From Patescibacteria group bacterium (GTDB lineage Bacteria > Patescibacteriota > Patescibacteriia > JAXHNJ01), in the NCBI GenBank assembly GCA_034520665.1, contig JAXHNJ010000002.1, positions 352,660 through 416,659 on the forward strand: a stretch of 64,000 nucleotides of DNA, in the 5' to 3' direction. The notes beneath the pieces were generated by a model. That model was not told the origin of the DNA. It did no database searches and saw only the letters and a program-made list of their open reading frames with translations. This document shows, in pieces, positions 28,138 through 37,126 of this stretch. Both the position numbers and the translations under genes were made by a program. Every line of letters starts with the position of its first letter. The first letter of the stretch is position 1.

Positions 28138-28430
28138 TCCCGAAGTTGTCAAAATCTTTAATTTTGTGACAACTTCGAGGATCCTCGTTCTCCTTTTGCC
28201 AGACGAAAAATTTACTTGCCCGCCTATGCCTGCGCCAGGGTGGTGAAACTGGTAGACACGCAAGGTTTAGAACCTAGTGAGCGCAAGCTCGTGAGAGTTC
28301 AAATCTCTCCTCCGGCATAGGCATTGGCGGGCGGGCCTGCCAGGGCTTGGGAGTTCAATTCTCTCTCTCCTAGCACTAACATCGACCTGTGCCAGACGTA
28401 GCCTTTGGCGAAGTCATCTCCTGGGCCCCA
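28120..28430 (+). pseudogene. Array of tRNA-Leu-derived fragments: split tRNA-Leu-like 5' (28120-28137) and 3' (28409-28430) pieces flanking a 14-bp hairpin, a pseudo-tRNA-Leu(TAG)-like body (28222-28322) and a further T-arm/3'-trailer fragment
   Basis: The 5' piece GCCCAGGTAGTGGAACTG breaks in the D-loop. The 3' piece AAGTCATCTCCTGGGCCCCA resembles the 3' end of the intact tRNA-Leu. The internal body (GGTGGTGAAACTGGTAGACACGCAAGGTTTAGAACCTAGTGAGCGCAAGCTCGTGAGAGTTCAAATCTCTCC) has D, anticodon (TAG), variable and T arms, but its acceptor strands do not pair (TGCGCCA vs CTCCGGC) and it is enclosed by a 9-bp stem GCCTATGCC/GGCATAGGC. A third fragment repeats the T-arm plus the CACTAACAT trailer. 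Confidence 0.45.
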
Positions 28431-28528
28431 TAAATCAAGCTTTTAGTCTATTTTTCTGGAATTAAAAATATATTTATTAAATTATAAATTTTTGCTAATA
28501 TGAAAGCATAAAATAACTATAAAAAATC

Positions 28529-29527
28529 ATGCTTTTATTTTGGATTTTAGTCTTTATTGTTTCCTTAGCAGTATTAGTAAAATGCGCTGACTGGTTTTTA
28601 ATCAGTGCGGAAAAAATAGGCCTATCCCTGGGCTTATCCCCTTTTATTGTCGGCGTGACTATTGTTGCTTTAGGTACTTCTTTTCCTGAACTTATTACTG
28701 CTTTAACCGCCTCGTTCAAAGGAGTAACTGAAATTGTGCCAGCTAATGCTATTGGCTCCAACATCGCCAATATACTTTTAGTGGTTGGTTTTGCCGCCAT
28801 TTTCGCTAAAAAATTAACTGTTACCAAAAGCTTAATTAATCTTGACCTGCCTCTTTTAGCTATTGGCACCGTCCTTCTTTTGGGTATTCTTTGGGATGGG
28901 GAAGTTAATATATTGGAAGCAGTACTTTTGCTTTTAACTTATACCACCTATATTTTTTATACTCTAAAACATGAGGAAGAACCTAACTCTTCTGAAGAAA
29001 GAGAAATTCTGCCATCGCGCCCCAGCCGCCGTCACCACATTACCCACAAAAAAAAGAAAGGGGGAATTAAACAACAAAAATTAATAAAAAAGGATTTTGT
29101 TTTATTAGTTATCGGAGTTTTAGGCTTAATTTTTGGTTCTCGTTATTTAATAAATTCGGTTACTGAGATTTCCGCTATATTAGAAATTGGCGCCGGAGTT
29201 ATTGCTATCTCGGCCGTGGCTATTGGTACCTCTTTGCCCGAATTAATGGTTACTATTAAGGCCGCTCTAGCTCATAAATCAGAAGTGGCCTTAGGTAATA
29301 TATTCGGCTCCAATATCTTTAACATGCTAGTGGTAGTTGGTTTACCCGGTATTTTTTCCAACTTAAAAGCTGATGAAAAAACCATTACCCTTGGTCTGCC
29401 CGCTTTGGCTCTAACTACTTTAATATTTGTTATCTCCGGTATCTCCAGAAAGATTCATATCTGGGAAGGTTTTTTCTATCTTTCTTTGTATGTTTTATTT
29501 ATTGGTAAGTTATTTGATTTGTTTTAA
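28529..29527 (+). CDS. CaCA-family Na+/Ca2+ (cation/Ca2+) exchanger, YrbG-like
   Basis: Two alpha-repeats GTSFPEL and GTSLPEL. About 10 TM segments. Central hydrophilic loop. Confidence 0.85.
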   Translation: MLLFWILVFIVSLAVLVKCADWFLISAEKIGLSLGLSPFIVGVTIVALGTSFPELITALTASFKGVTEIVPANAIGSNIANILLVVGFAAIFAKKLTVTKSLINLDLPLLAIGTVLLLGILWDGEVNILEAVLLLLTYTTYIFYTLKHEEEPNSSEEREILPSRPSRRHHITHKKKKGGIKQQKLIKKDFVLLVIGVLGLIFGSRYLINSVTEISAILEIGAGVIAISAVAIGTSLPELMVTIKAALAHKSEVALGNIFGSNIFNMLVVVGLPGIFSNLKADEKTITLGLPALALTTLIFVISGISRKIHIWEGFFYLSLYVLFIGKLFDLF

Positions 29528-29578
29528 AGAAAATAAAAGTTTAATTTTTTAAATTAAAAATAAAATAGGAATAAAACC

Positions 29579-30505
29579 CTATTTTTTATTTTCTTTAATT
29601 AATTTATATGAAAATATAGGCCCAAGAATAAATAAAAAAATTACTTTAACGGCTCTTCCCAGTAAAGCACTAGCCAGTGATACTGTCGGGGATATACCAA
29701 AAGCATTTGCAGAAAAAACAATAATTACTTCTTCTATACCTAGATTAGCTGGTGTAATTGATATGAGTAAAGAAAGATTAGTTAAGGAAGAAAGAATTAA
29801 AGCTCCTGCAAAATTAATTTCCACTCCAAAAACTTTAAATTGAAGGATCAGCATCAAAGCAATTAATGTAAGCTGAAAAATAGCAAAAAGAGCTACCAAA
29901 AAGATAATTTTTTGATTATTTTTAATTAAATTCCAGCCATGGAAAACTTTTGAAATTTTTCCTAACCACCTCCCTTTTAATTTCGGAATGTATCCCGAGA
30001 AAAAAATTAATAATAACATTAATAAAATAATAATAAAAAAAATACCTATTATTAACCAATTATAATTTTCTATTATATTAAAAATATATAAAGAAGAAAA
30101 TAAACCAATAATTCCTGAAACAATAAATATTATTATATACATCCCAGCCAGAGTAGATAAAAAAGTAGTATAACTTAATTTATATTTTTTTTTCAGATAA
30201 GCAGCTCTAATCATCATTCCCCCTCTAAAAGGAGTTATTAAATTATAAAAACCCGTAGCCACAGCTAGCATAAAAGATTCACTAACTTTAATAATTATCC
30301 CAAAAGGTTTAAGCAATGAGCGAATATAAACCGCTACACAAATATAAGAAACCCCAAATAATATAATAAGGTAAATAATTAAAGCTGGAGAAACTAGAGA
30401 AAGTTTTTGAAAACTCGAAATATTATTGAAAATATAATATAAAGCAAAAATTAAAAGTAATAATAGAATTATTAACTTTATTATATTTTTTTTAATTTTA
30501 TTCAT
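29579..30505 (-). CDS. Flippase-like / UPF0104 (LPG-synthase TM-domain-like) membrane protein
   Basis: Polytopic membrane protein with C-terminal ...ITPANLGIEEVIIVFSANAFG motif typical of the family. Confidence 0.55.
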   Translation of the reverse strand: MNKIKKNIIKLIILLLLLIFALYYIFNNISSFQKLSLVSPALIIYLIILFGVSYICVAVYIRSLLKPFGIIIKVSESFMLAVATGFYNLITPFRGGMMIRAAYLKKKYKLSYTTFLSTLAGMYIIIFIVSGIIGLFSSLYIFNIIENYNWLIIGIFFIIILLMLLLIFFSGYIPKLKGRWLGKISKVFHGWNLIKNNQKIIFLVALFAIFQLTLIALMLILQFKVFGVEINFAGALILSSLTNLSLLISITPANLGIEEVIIVFSANAFGISPTVSLASALLGRAVKVIFLFILGPIFSYKLIKENKK

Positions 30506-30514
30506 ATTATAAAA

Positions 30515-31276
30515 TTATAATTTTTTGGCTATACATAAATACCCTTCAGATAAATCAAACCTATTAAATAATTTGCTAAATTGTATAAAGGAATAAAGCA
30601 CATACTTGTTGGAAATTAAACTTATTAGAGGTAATTTAACAAAATTAAGTCCACTTTTCTGGCTAAGTTCATATTTGCTTCTAGTTAATATTTTATTTTT
30701 CTCTCGTCTTGCAAATATAATTCTAATTAATTTTAATAAATTTAAAAAAGGAAATCCATAAGAATAAAATTTAATTATCTGAAAATTATTCTTTCCTAAA
30801 AAATTAATTAATTCTGCTTTTTCATAACGCCTAAAATGACCGACCAATTTATCATCAATACCCCAATATTTTCTACGAGCAGGAACAGAGAAAACAATAT
30901 AACCGTTGGAATTTAATAAAAAATTTATTTTATCTAAAAAATCTTGGTCATTTTCTATATGTTCAAGAACTTCAAAAAAAGTGATTAATCCAAATTTTTT
31001 ATTTGTCTTAAATTTTAAAAAATCAATTTGACTAAATTTTAATTCTTTGGATTTTTCCTCTTTAATCCTATTTTTAATTATTTTTGCCGCTTTTTTAGAA
31101 AAATCGATAAGATGCCCCATATAATTACTTTTAATTAAACTAAAGGCAAAATCTCCAGAACCACAACCTATATCAAGAAAATATGTTTTTTTAGGTACAT
31201 AATTTTTAATTAAATCTAAAGCTAATTTTTTTCTAAATAAATAGCGTGGGTATTTTATAAATTTATTTTCTGACAT
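30515..31276 (-). CDS. Class I SAM-dependent methyltransferase
   Basis: Motif I FLDIGCGSGDF. Rossmann-fold spacing of motifs II/III. Confidence 0.75.
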   Translation of the reverse strand: MSENKFIKYPRYLFRKKLALDLIKNYVPKKTYFLDIGCGSGDFAFSLIKSNYMGHLIDFSKKAAKIIKNRIKEEKSKELKFSQIDFLKFKTNKKFGLITFFEVLEHIENDQDFLDKINFLLNSNGYIVFSVPARRKYWGIDDKLVGHFRRYEKAELINFLGKNNFQIIKFYSYGFPFLNLLKLIRIIFARREKNKILTRSKYELSQKSGLNFVKLPLISLISNKYVLYSFIQFSKLFNRFDLSEGYLCIAKKL

Positions 31277-32327
31277 TTTTTTTAATTATCTCTTCCAATG
31301 AATTTTTAATTCTCTCCTGCACTGATAAAAATGTATTAAATCCCTTTTCTGAAATTTTCTCTATTAATATTTTATTATTTTCTAATTGGGTTATTGCTTT
31401 AACTAAATCTTTTGGATCAGAATTTTTTACCATTAAACAATTATTTTGACTAATAAAAACTTCCTTATTAGCTTCATTCTGACTAACAATGACTGGCTTC
31501 TTCATTGCTAAGAACTGATAAACTTTTCCTGGAATCACTCTTTTAGCTTTAGAAATTTTTGAGAAATGACCGCCTAAACAAACATCAGCTTTAGCAATTT
31601 CCTCCGGCAATTTTTCATATTTAATCCAATCAATAAATTCTATATTATTTATATTTTTTTCTGCAACAATCTTATTAATCTTATTTTTTTTCGGCCCTCG
31701 TCCAATAATTTTAAAAATGATATTTTTTTTATTCTCTAATAACTTGGCAGATTCAACAATATATTCTAAACCATGCAAGGGGCGAAAAGTTGAATAATAT
31801 AAAACAATAAATTTATTAATTTTTTTTATTTCTTGACGCGGATAAAAAATATTCTTGTCAGCGCCAACATAGACTGAAGAAATTTTATTTTTAGGTATTT
31901 TATAAAGTTCCTTAAAGAATTTAACATGAGTCTTTGTATCCAATAAAATATGATCAACAATACCAAGTAGATATTTTTCAAAGTAAAACATCAACTTACC
32001 AATTAATGAATAAGGTGAGATAACTTTTCTCTCAAAACAAAGCGTATCATAAAGTGATATAAAAGCGTCAAAAATTATCGGCTTTTTAGTTAATAAGCGC
32101 AAAAAAGGTAAAACCTCGTGACCACGAAAACCGACAATAATTACATCTATATCTTTTTTAGAAATAAATAGATATTTCCAGAAAACCTGTAAATATCTAA
32201 ATAAAGATTTTTTATTTACAACACATTCTATGACATCAATACTTTTAATTTCTTTTAGGCAATTAATGATTACATTTTGTCTGACATAATTATCTAAATA
32301 ATAAGTGGCAAAGTAAAGAATTTTCAT
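31263..32327 (-). CDS. Glycosyltransferase family 4 (GT-B, group 1)
   Basis: C-terminal GT1/GT4 domain pattern (...GGHFSKISKAKRVIPGKVYQFLAMKKPVIVS...). 354 aa. Confidence 0.65.
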   Translation of the reverse strand: MKILYFATYYLDNYVRQNVIINCLKEIKSIDVIECVVNKKSLFRYLQVFWKYLFISKKDIDVIIVGFRGHEVLPFLRLLTKKPIIFDAFISLYDTLCFERKVISPYSLIGKLMFYFEKYLLGIVDHILLDTKTHVKFFKELYKIPKNKISSVYVGADKNIFYPRQEIKKINKFIVLYYSTFRPLHGLEYIVESAKLLENKKNIIFKIIGRGPKKNKINKIVAEKNINNIEFIDWIKYEKLPEEIAKADVCLGGHFSKISKAKRVIPGKVYQFLAMKKPVIVSQNEANKEVFISQNNCLMVKNSDPKDLVKAITQLENNKILIEKISEKGFNTFLSVQERIKNSLEEIIKKNVRK

Positions 32328-32329
32328 AA

Positions 32330-33310
32330 TTATGATTGATCTTTCTTTACTGTATTATTTCTTTGATAATGTTTTATTTTTTCAAAATATATTATTTTTT
32401 CTTGAGTTCTTCTTACCTTATTAATCATATCAGCTACTAAACCAACAATAATTAGTAATAAACCGAAAATATTTAAGGCTAAGCCCATAAAGCCTAAAGT
32501 TTTATAGGGAAAAACTGCTCCTAAAATTAGTAATCTTATAAATATAAAAATATCAAAAATAAGACCAAGAATAAAAAAAATAATTCCGGTCCAGCCAAAA
32601 TATCTTAAAGGCTTATAATCAATAAGAGTTCTAAAAAAAGTATTTAATATTTGATAGCCATAACGCCAAAGATTATGGGCAATTTTTGATTGACCAAAAT
32701 CTCTTTCGCCCTTTACTTTAATAGGAACTTCTTTAATTAATAAATTTTTAAAAGCTAAATTAAGAATCGTTTCATGGGTGTAAGTATAACGCCCAAAAAG
32801 ATTAAGGTTCAGTAAGGCCTCTCTAGAATAAGCCCGAAAACCGCAGGAAACATCATAGAATTTTTTCTTTGTTGATAAACTGATTAATCGGCTAATTATA
32901 AAATTACCCCCTTTTTTTAGCCGCGGCATTCTAGGAATAATTTTTTTATTTATAAATCTTGAAGCAGTGACTAAAGCCTTTTTTTCCTCTATTATTGGTT
33001 TCACTAAATAAGGAATATCTCCGGCATTAAACTGACCATCAGCGTCAATATTAACCATTATATCTGCTTTTCTTTTTAAAGCTTCCTCTACTCCTCTTTG
33101 AAAAACTAAACTTAAGCCCTGATTTTCTAAAAAAGAAATAACTTCGGCTCCGGCTCTTAAAGCTTCCCTTTTTGTGGCGTCATCAGAGCCATCATCAATA
33201 ACTAAAACTTCTATATTATCAATTCCTTTAATTTCTTGGGGGATATCTTTTATAACCGACTTTATTGTCTTTTCTTCGTTATAGGCCGGCAGTAAAACTA
33301 ATAACTTCAT
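32330..33310 (-). CDS. Glycosyltransferase family 2, polyprenyl-phosphate sugar transferase-like (DPM1/ArnC/GtrB-like) with C-terminal TM helices
   Basis: LLPAYNEEKTI...VIDDGSDDAT...DADGQ (DXD region). Two C-terminal TM segments. Confidence 0.8.
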   Translation of the reverse strand: MKLLVLLPAYNEEKTIKSVIKDIPQEIKGIDNIEVLVIDDGSDDATKREALRAGAEVISFLENQGLSLVFQRGVEEALKRKADIMVNIDADGQFNAGDIPYLVKPIIEEKKALVTASRFINKKIIPRMPRLKKGGNFIISRLISLSTKKKFYDVSCGFRAYSREALLNLNLFGRYTYTHETILNLAFKNLLIKEVPIKVKGERDFGQSKIAHNLWRYGYQILNTFFRTLIDYKPLRYFGWTGIIFFILGLIFDIFIFIRLLILGAVFPYKTLGFMGLALNIFGLLLIIVGLVADMINKVRRTQEKIIYFEKIKHYQRNNTVKKDQS

Positions 33311-33350
33311 ATCTTTTATTTAATCATATAATTAATAATTATTAAAGAAA

Positions 33351-34892
33351 TTAATTTATTTTTATTTTATAAAAATAAAATCCATTTTTTTCAAATAGTA
33401 ATTTTAAATCTTTATTTTCTTTTATTTTATATAGATTTTTCAAATTTGGTCTAAGATATGGTATTTTTTCATTGTTAAAAATAAGATATTTTATTTCTCT
33501 GTTTCTAGCAAATTCAATTATATCTTCATACTCATTGCTTGGCAAAATATAATTTATTCCTTGAGCCCAATAAGCTATTATTCTTGCATTCGTTAATATT
33601 TTATGGCCAGAGCCATACTTTTCCTTAAAAAATTGACTCATTTCTTTTATTTCTGTATCTCTGAACAAGGAAAAAAATCTGAATTGATAACCATCTTCTA
33701 TAGCAATAACAAACTGAAAAGACAAAAAAACTAATAAAATACTCAATATAACTATCCTCTTCTTTTTAAAGGATAAACTTTGATATAATCTCACTATACC
33801 TACGGCCACAATCATTAATATAATTGGAGTTAGCGGAAAGTAATAGCGGTAATAGACTTTTCCTGAATAATATATAAAAAGGAAAAAGGGTATCCAGCTA
33901 CCTAAAAAATAAAGTTTGTGCAAAATATATTTTTTCTTTTTTGAAAAATAAAAAGCAAAAACTATAAAAATTATCTGAAAAATAAAGTAACAGATAACAT
34001 AGGCTATATTATGAGGTAAATTTCTGAAAAAATTATTAATATAAATAATTATATACGATTTTTTTGGTTTTTCCATTTCTAGCTGGTTACTATTATAATC
34101 TGTATTTTCTTCATTCAACCCAAAGAAAATGATATTTTTTTCAAAATAAGAACTTTTGCTAGAAGAAACCGCGTAATCCTGCTGACCGGTAATTACAAAC
34201 TGGCCTTTTTCTTTATATAAATAAATCAAATAAGGAGAAACAACCATAACCACACCAATTATTAATAAGGTTAAACTAATAAATAATTTCTTTAATCTAA
34301 TTCTTTTATAATAAATATAATTAATAAAAAGCCATAAGATTATAACCGGCAAAAAACTTAAACCAACAATTCTTACATAATAAGAAAAACCAATTAAAAT
34401 ACCTAAGATCAGATACCAAAAAGTATTTTTCTCTTTATTTAAAAGAAGCCAACTTAAAAGAACAATACTAATAAAGAGAAAAGTAAATAAAGCTTCGGTC
34501 CAGGCCGCACCAGAATACCAAATAACATAAGGGTTTAAAATAAATAAAATAATAGATAGAATAGCTATTTTAAAATTAAAAAGTTTTTTAGCCAGAAAAT
34601 AAATAATAATAATTGATAAAAAAGTACTAATTAAGGAAACAATCTGGCTGGCCAGTTCAATATTATTTAAATAAAAATTATAAACATAAATCATAAAAGG
34701 AAAACCAGGCTGTATCAAACTATTTAACCGGGTAGTAGTATTAATCTTTAAACTTTTATCTAGGTTTTCTGCTAATTTGAAATATAAGGCTGAGTCACTA
34801 CTAGAAACCACTGAAGAAGAAAAAGTAAAAAATAAAACAAGAGCTAATAACAATATACCTCCCACAAAATATATTTCTTTTTTTCTAGACAT
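33351..34892 (-). CDS. GT-C-fold membrane glycosyltransferase (ArnT/PMT-like; GT39/GT83-like), tandem paralog 1
   Basis: 513 aa with 11 or more TMs. N-terminal ...SDSALYFKLAENL... periplasmic-loop motif typical of polyprenyl-P-sugar-dependent GT-C enzymes. Confidence 0.55.
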   Translation of the reverse strand: MSRKKEIYFVGGILLLALVLFFTFSSSVVSSSDSALYFKLAENLDKSLKINTTTRLNSLIQPGFPFMIYVYNFYLNNIELASQIVSLISTFLSIIIIYFLAKKLFNFKIAILSIILFILNPYVIWYSGAAWTEALFTFLFISIVLLSWLLLNKEKNTFWYLILGILIGFSYYVRIVGLSFLPVIILWLFINYIYYKRIRLKKLFISLTLLIIGVVMVVSPYLIYLYKEKGQFVITGQQDYAVSSSKSSYFEKNIIFFGLNEENTDYNSNQLEMEKPKKSYIIIYINNFFRNLPHNIAYVICYFIFQIIFIVFAFYFSKKKKYILHKLYFLGSWIPFFLFIYYSGKVYYRYYFPLTPIILMIVAVGIVRLYQSLSFKKKRIVILSILLVFLSFQFVIAIEDGYQFRFFSLFRDTEIKEMSQFFKEKYGSGHKILTNARIIAYWAQGINYILPSNEYEDIIEFARNREIKYLIFNNEKIPYLRPNLKNLYKIKENKDLKLLFEKNGFYFYKIKIN

Positions 34893-35020
34893 TATTAAAG
34901 CTTTTTTAATTATTTTAAAATTTACCCCGCCCCATTGTTTTTTCTTCGTTATAGGCCGGCAGTAAAACTAATAACTTCATATCTTTTATTTAATCATATA
35001 ATTAATAATTATTAAAGAAA

Positions 35021-36565
35021 TTAATTTATTTTTATTTTATAAAAATAAAATCCATTTTTTTCAAATAGTAATTTTAAATCTTTATTTTCTTTTATTTTAT
35101 ATAGATTTTCTAATCTAGGCCTTATCCAAGAAATACGATTTTTATCAAAAATAAGATATTTTATTTCTCTGTTTCTAGCAAATTCAATTATATCTTCATA
35201 CTCATTGCTTGGCAAAATATAATTTATTCCTTGAGCCCAATAAGCTATTATTCTTGCATTCGTTAATATTTTATGGCCAGAGCCATACTTTTCCTTAAAA
35301 AATTGACTCATTTCTTTTATTTCTGTATCTCTGAACAAGGAAAAAAATCTGAATTGATAACCATCTTCTATAGCAATAACAAACTGAAAAGACAAAAAAA
35401 CTAATAAAATACTCAATATAACTATCCTCTTCTTTTTAAAGGATAAACTTTGATATAATCTCACTATACCTACGGCCACAATCATTAATATAATTGGAGT
35501 TAGCGGAAAGTAATAGCGGTAATAGACTTTTCCTGAATAATATATAAAAAGGAAAAAGGGTATCCAGCTACCTAAAAAATAAAGTTTGTGCAAAATATAT
35601 TTTTTCTTTTTTGAAAAATAAAAAGCAAAAACTATAAAAATTATCTGAAAAATAAAGTAACAGATAACATAGGCTATATTATGAGGTAAATTTCTGAAAA
35701 AATTATTAATATAAATAATTATATACGATTTTTTTGGTTTTTCCATTTCTAGCTGGTTACTATTATAATCTGTATTTTCTTCATTCAACCCAAAGAAAAT
35801 GATATTTTTTTCAAAATAAGAACTTTTGCTAGAAGAAACCGCGTAATCCTGCTGACCGGTAATTACAAACTGGCCTTTTTCTTTATATAAATAAATCAAA
35901 TAAGGAGAAACAACCATAACCACACCAATTATTAATAAGGTTAAACTAATAAATAATTTCTTTAATCTAATTCTTTTATAATAAATATAATTAATAAAAA
36001 GCCATAAGATTATAACCGGCAAAAAACTTAAACCAACAATTCTTACATAATAAGAAAAACCAATTAAAATACCTAAAATTAGATACCAAAAAGTATTTTT
36101 TTCTTTATTTAAAAGAAGCCAACTTAAAAAAACAATACTAATAAAGAGAAAAGTAAATAAAGCTTCGGTCCAGGCGGCACCAGAACACCAAATAACATAA
36201 GGGTTTAAAATAAATAAAATAATAGATAGAATAGCTATTTTAAAATTAAAAAGTTTTTTAGCCAGAAAATAAATAATTATTATTGATAAAAAAGTGCTAA
36301 TCAAGGAAACAAGCTGGCTGGCCAGTTCAATATTATTTAAATAAAAATTATAAACATAAATCATAAAGGAATAACCAGGTTGTACCAGGCTATGCAAACT
36401 AGTAGTAGTATTAATCTTTAAACTTTTATCTAGGTTTTCTGCTAATTTGAAATATAAGGCTGAGTCACTGGTAGAAACTACTGAGGAAGAAAAAGTAAAA
36501 AATAAAACAAGAGCTAATAACAATATACCTCCAAGAAAATATATTTCCTTTTTCTTTCCCATCAT
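35021..36565 (-). CDS. GT-C-fold membrane glycosyltransferase (ArnT/PMT-like), tandem paralog 2
   Basis: 514 aa. More than 95% identical to paralog 1, except for the N-terminal residues and a ~15-aa C-terminal patch (DKNRISWIRPRLENL vs NNEKIPYLRPNLKNL). Confidence 0.55.
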   Translation of the reverse strand: MMGKKKEIYFLGGILLLALVLFFTFSSSVVSTSDSALYFKLAENLDKSLKINTTTSLHSLVQPGYSFMIYVYNFYLNNIELASQLVSLISTFLSIIIIYFLAKKLFNFKIAILSIILFILNPYVIWCSGAAWTEALFTFLFISIVFLSWLLLNKEKNTFWYLILGILIGFSYYVRIVGLSFLPVIILWLFINYIYYKRIRLKKLFISLTLLIIGVVMVVSPYLIYLYKEKGQFVITGQQDYAVSSSKSSYFEKNIIFFGLNEENTDYNSNQLEMEKPKKSYIIIYINNFFRNLPHNIAYVICYFIFQIIFIVFAFYFSKKKKYILHKLYFLGSWIPFFLFIYYSGKVYYRYYFPLTPIILMIVAVGIVRLYQSLSFKKKRIVILSILLVFLSFQFVIAIEDGYQFRFFSLFRDTEIKEMSQFFKEKYGSGHKILTNARIIAYWAQGINYILPSNEYEDIIEFARNREIKYLIFDKNRISWIRPRLENLYKIKENKDLKLLFEKNGFYFYKIKIN

Positions 36566-36684
36566 TAAAACTTTTTTAATTATTTTTAAAATCTGTTCCT
36601 CTCTTTATAATAAATAATAATTGAAAAAAAGCAGTTAAGCAAGCCGTTTATCTCTTAAAATAAAAGATGATGGCTCTTTAAATT

Positions 36685-36987
36685 TTGGAGGAAATAATGT
36701 CAGAAGAAAAGATTAAAAAATTAGCCGCTCATGAAATTGGCTGGTGGAGGGCGCATCATAGAAAAGATAAAAAGGAATTCTTAGATCATATGGTTAAACT
36801 ATATATAATTCAATTTGGAATTAAAGAACAAAAAGCCTGTGAAGCTGTTAAATGGAAAATTGAAGCAGCTGACTGACATGATAAAGCTGAATATTATGAA
36901 GATAAAGGAGAACAAGAAAGAGGCAACGATTTTTGGAAAAAAGCTGAGGAATGCTTGCGAGAGCATTTCAAGATTCTGACGAGTTAA
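36685..36987 (+). pseudogene. Small ORF (63 aa) interrupted by an in-frame TGA at 36874-36876, followed by 36 more in-frame sense codons
   Basis: ...KWKIEAAD*HDKAEYYEDKGEQERGNDFWKKAEECLREHFKILTS*. The downstream part still looks protein-like. Confidence 0.3.
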
Positions 36988-37098
36988 TATTTTCAGGGCC
37001 TCAAATAAGAAGCTCTTTTTCTTTTCTATATATCTTGATCACTCCCCGCCAAAGGCGGGTCCGCCTCTGGCGGAAATATCTTGTTATCTCTCTTATAT

Positions 37099-37126
37099 TT
37101 GACAAATCTCAAAAATAGGTTATAAT
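37099..37126 (+). promoter_or_regulatory. Consensus sigma-70 promoter (TTGACA - 16 nt - TATAAT) upstream of the 23S-5S rRNA unit
   Basis: Exact -35 and -10 hexamers about 255 nt upstream of the 23S 5' end. Confidence 0.55.

Larger units (their letters stand above)
33264..36591. repeat. Tandem duplication: two ~1,670-bp units (33264-34920 and 34934-36591), each containing a GT-C gene and its downstream sequence
   Basis: Unit offset is exactly 1670 bp (e.g. TTTTCTTCGTTATAGGCCGGCAGTAAAACTAATAACTTCAT at 33271 and 34941). Near-identity over most of the unit. A divergent ~40-nt patch at 33395-33440 vs 35065-35110. Confidence 0.9.
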
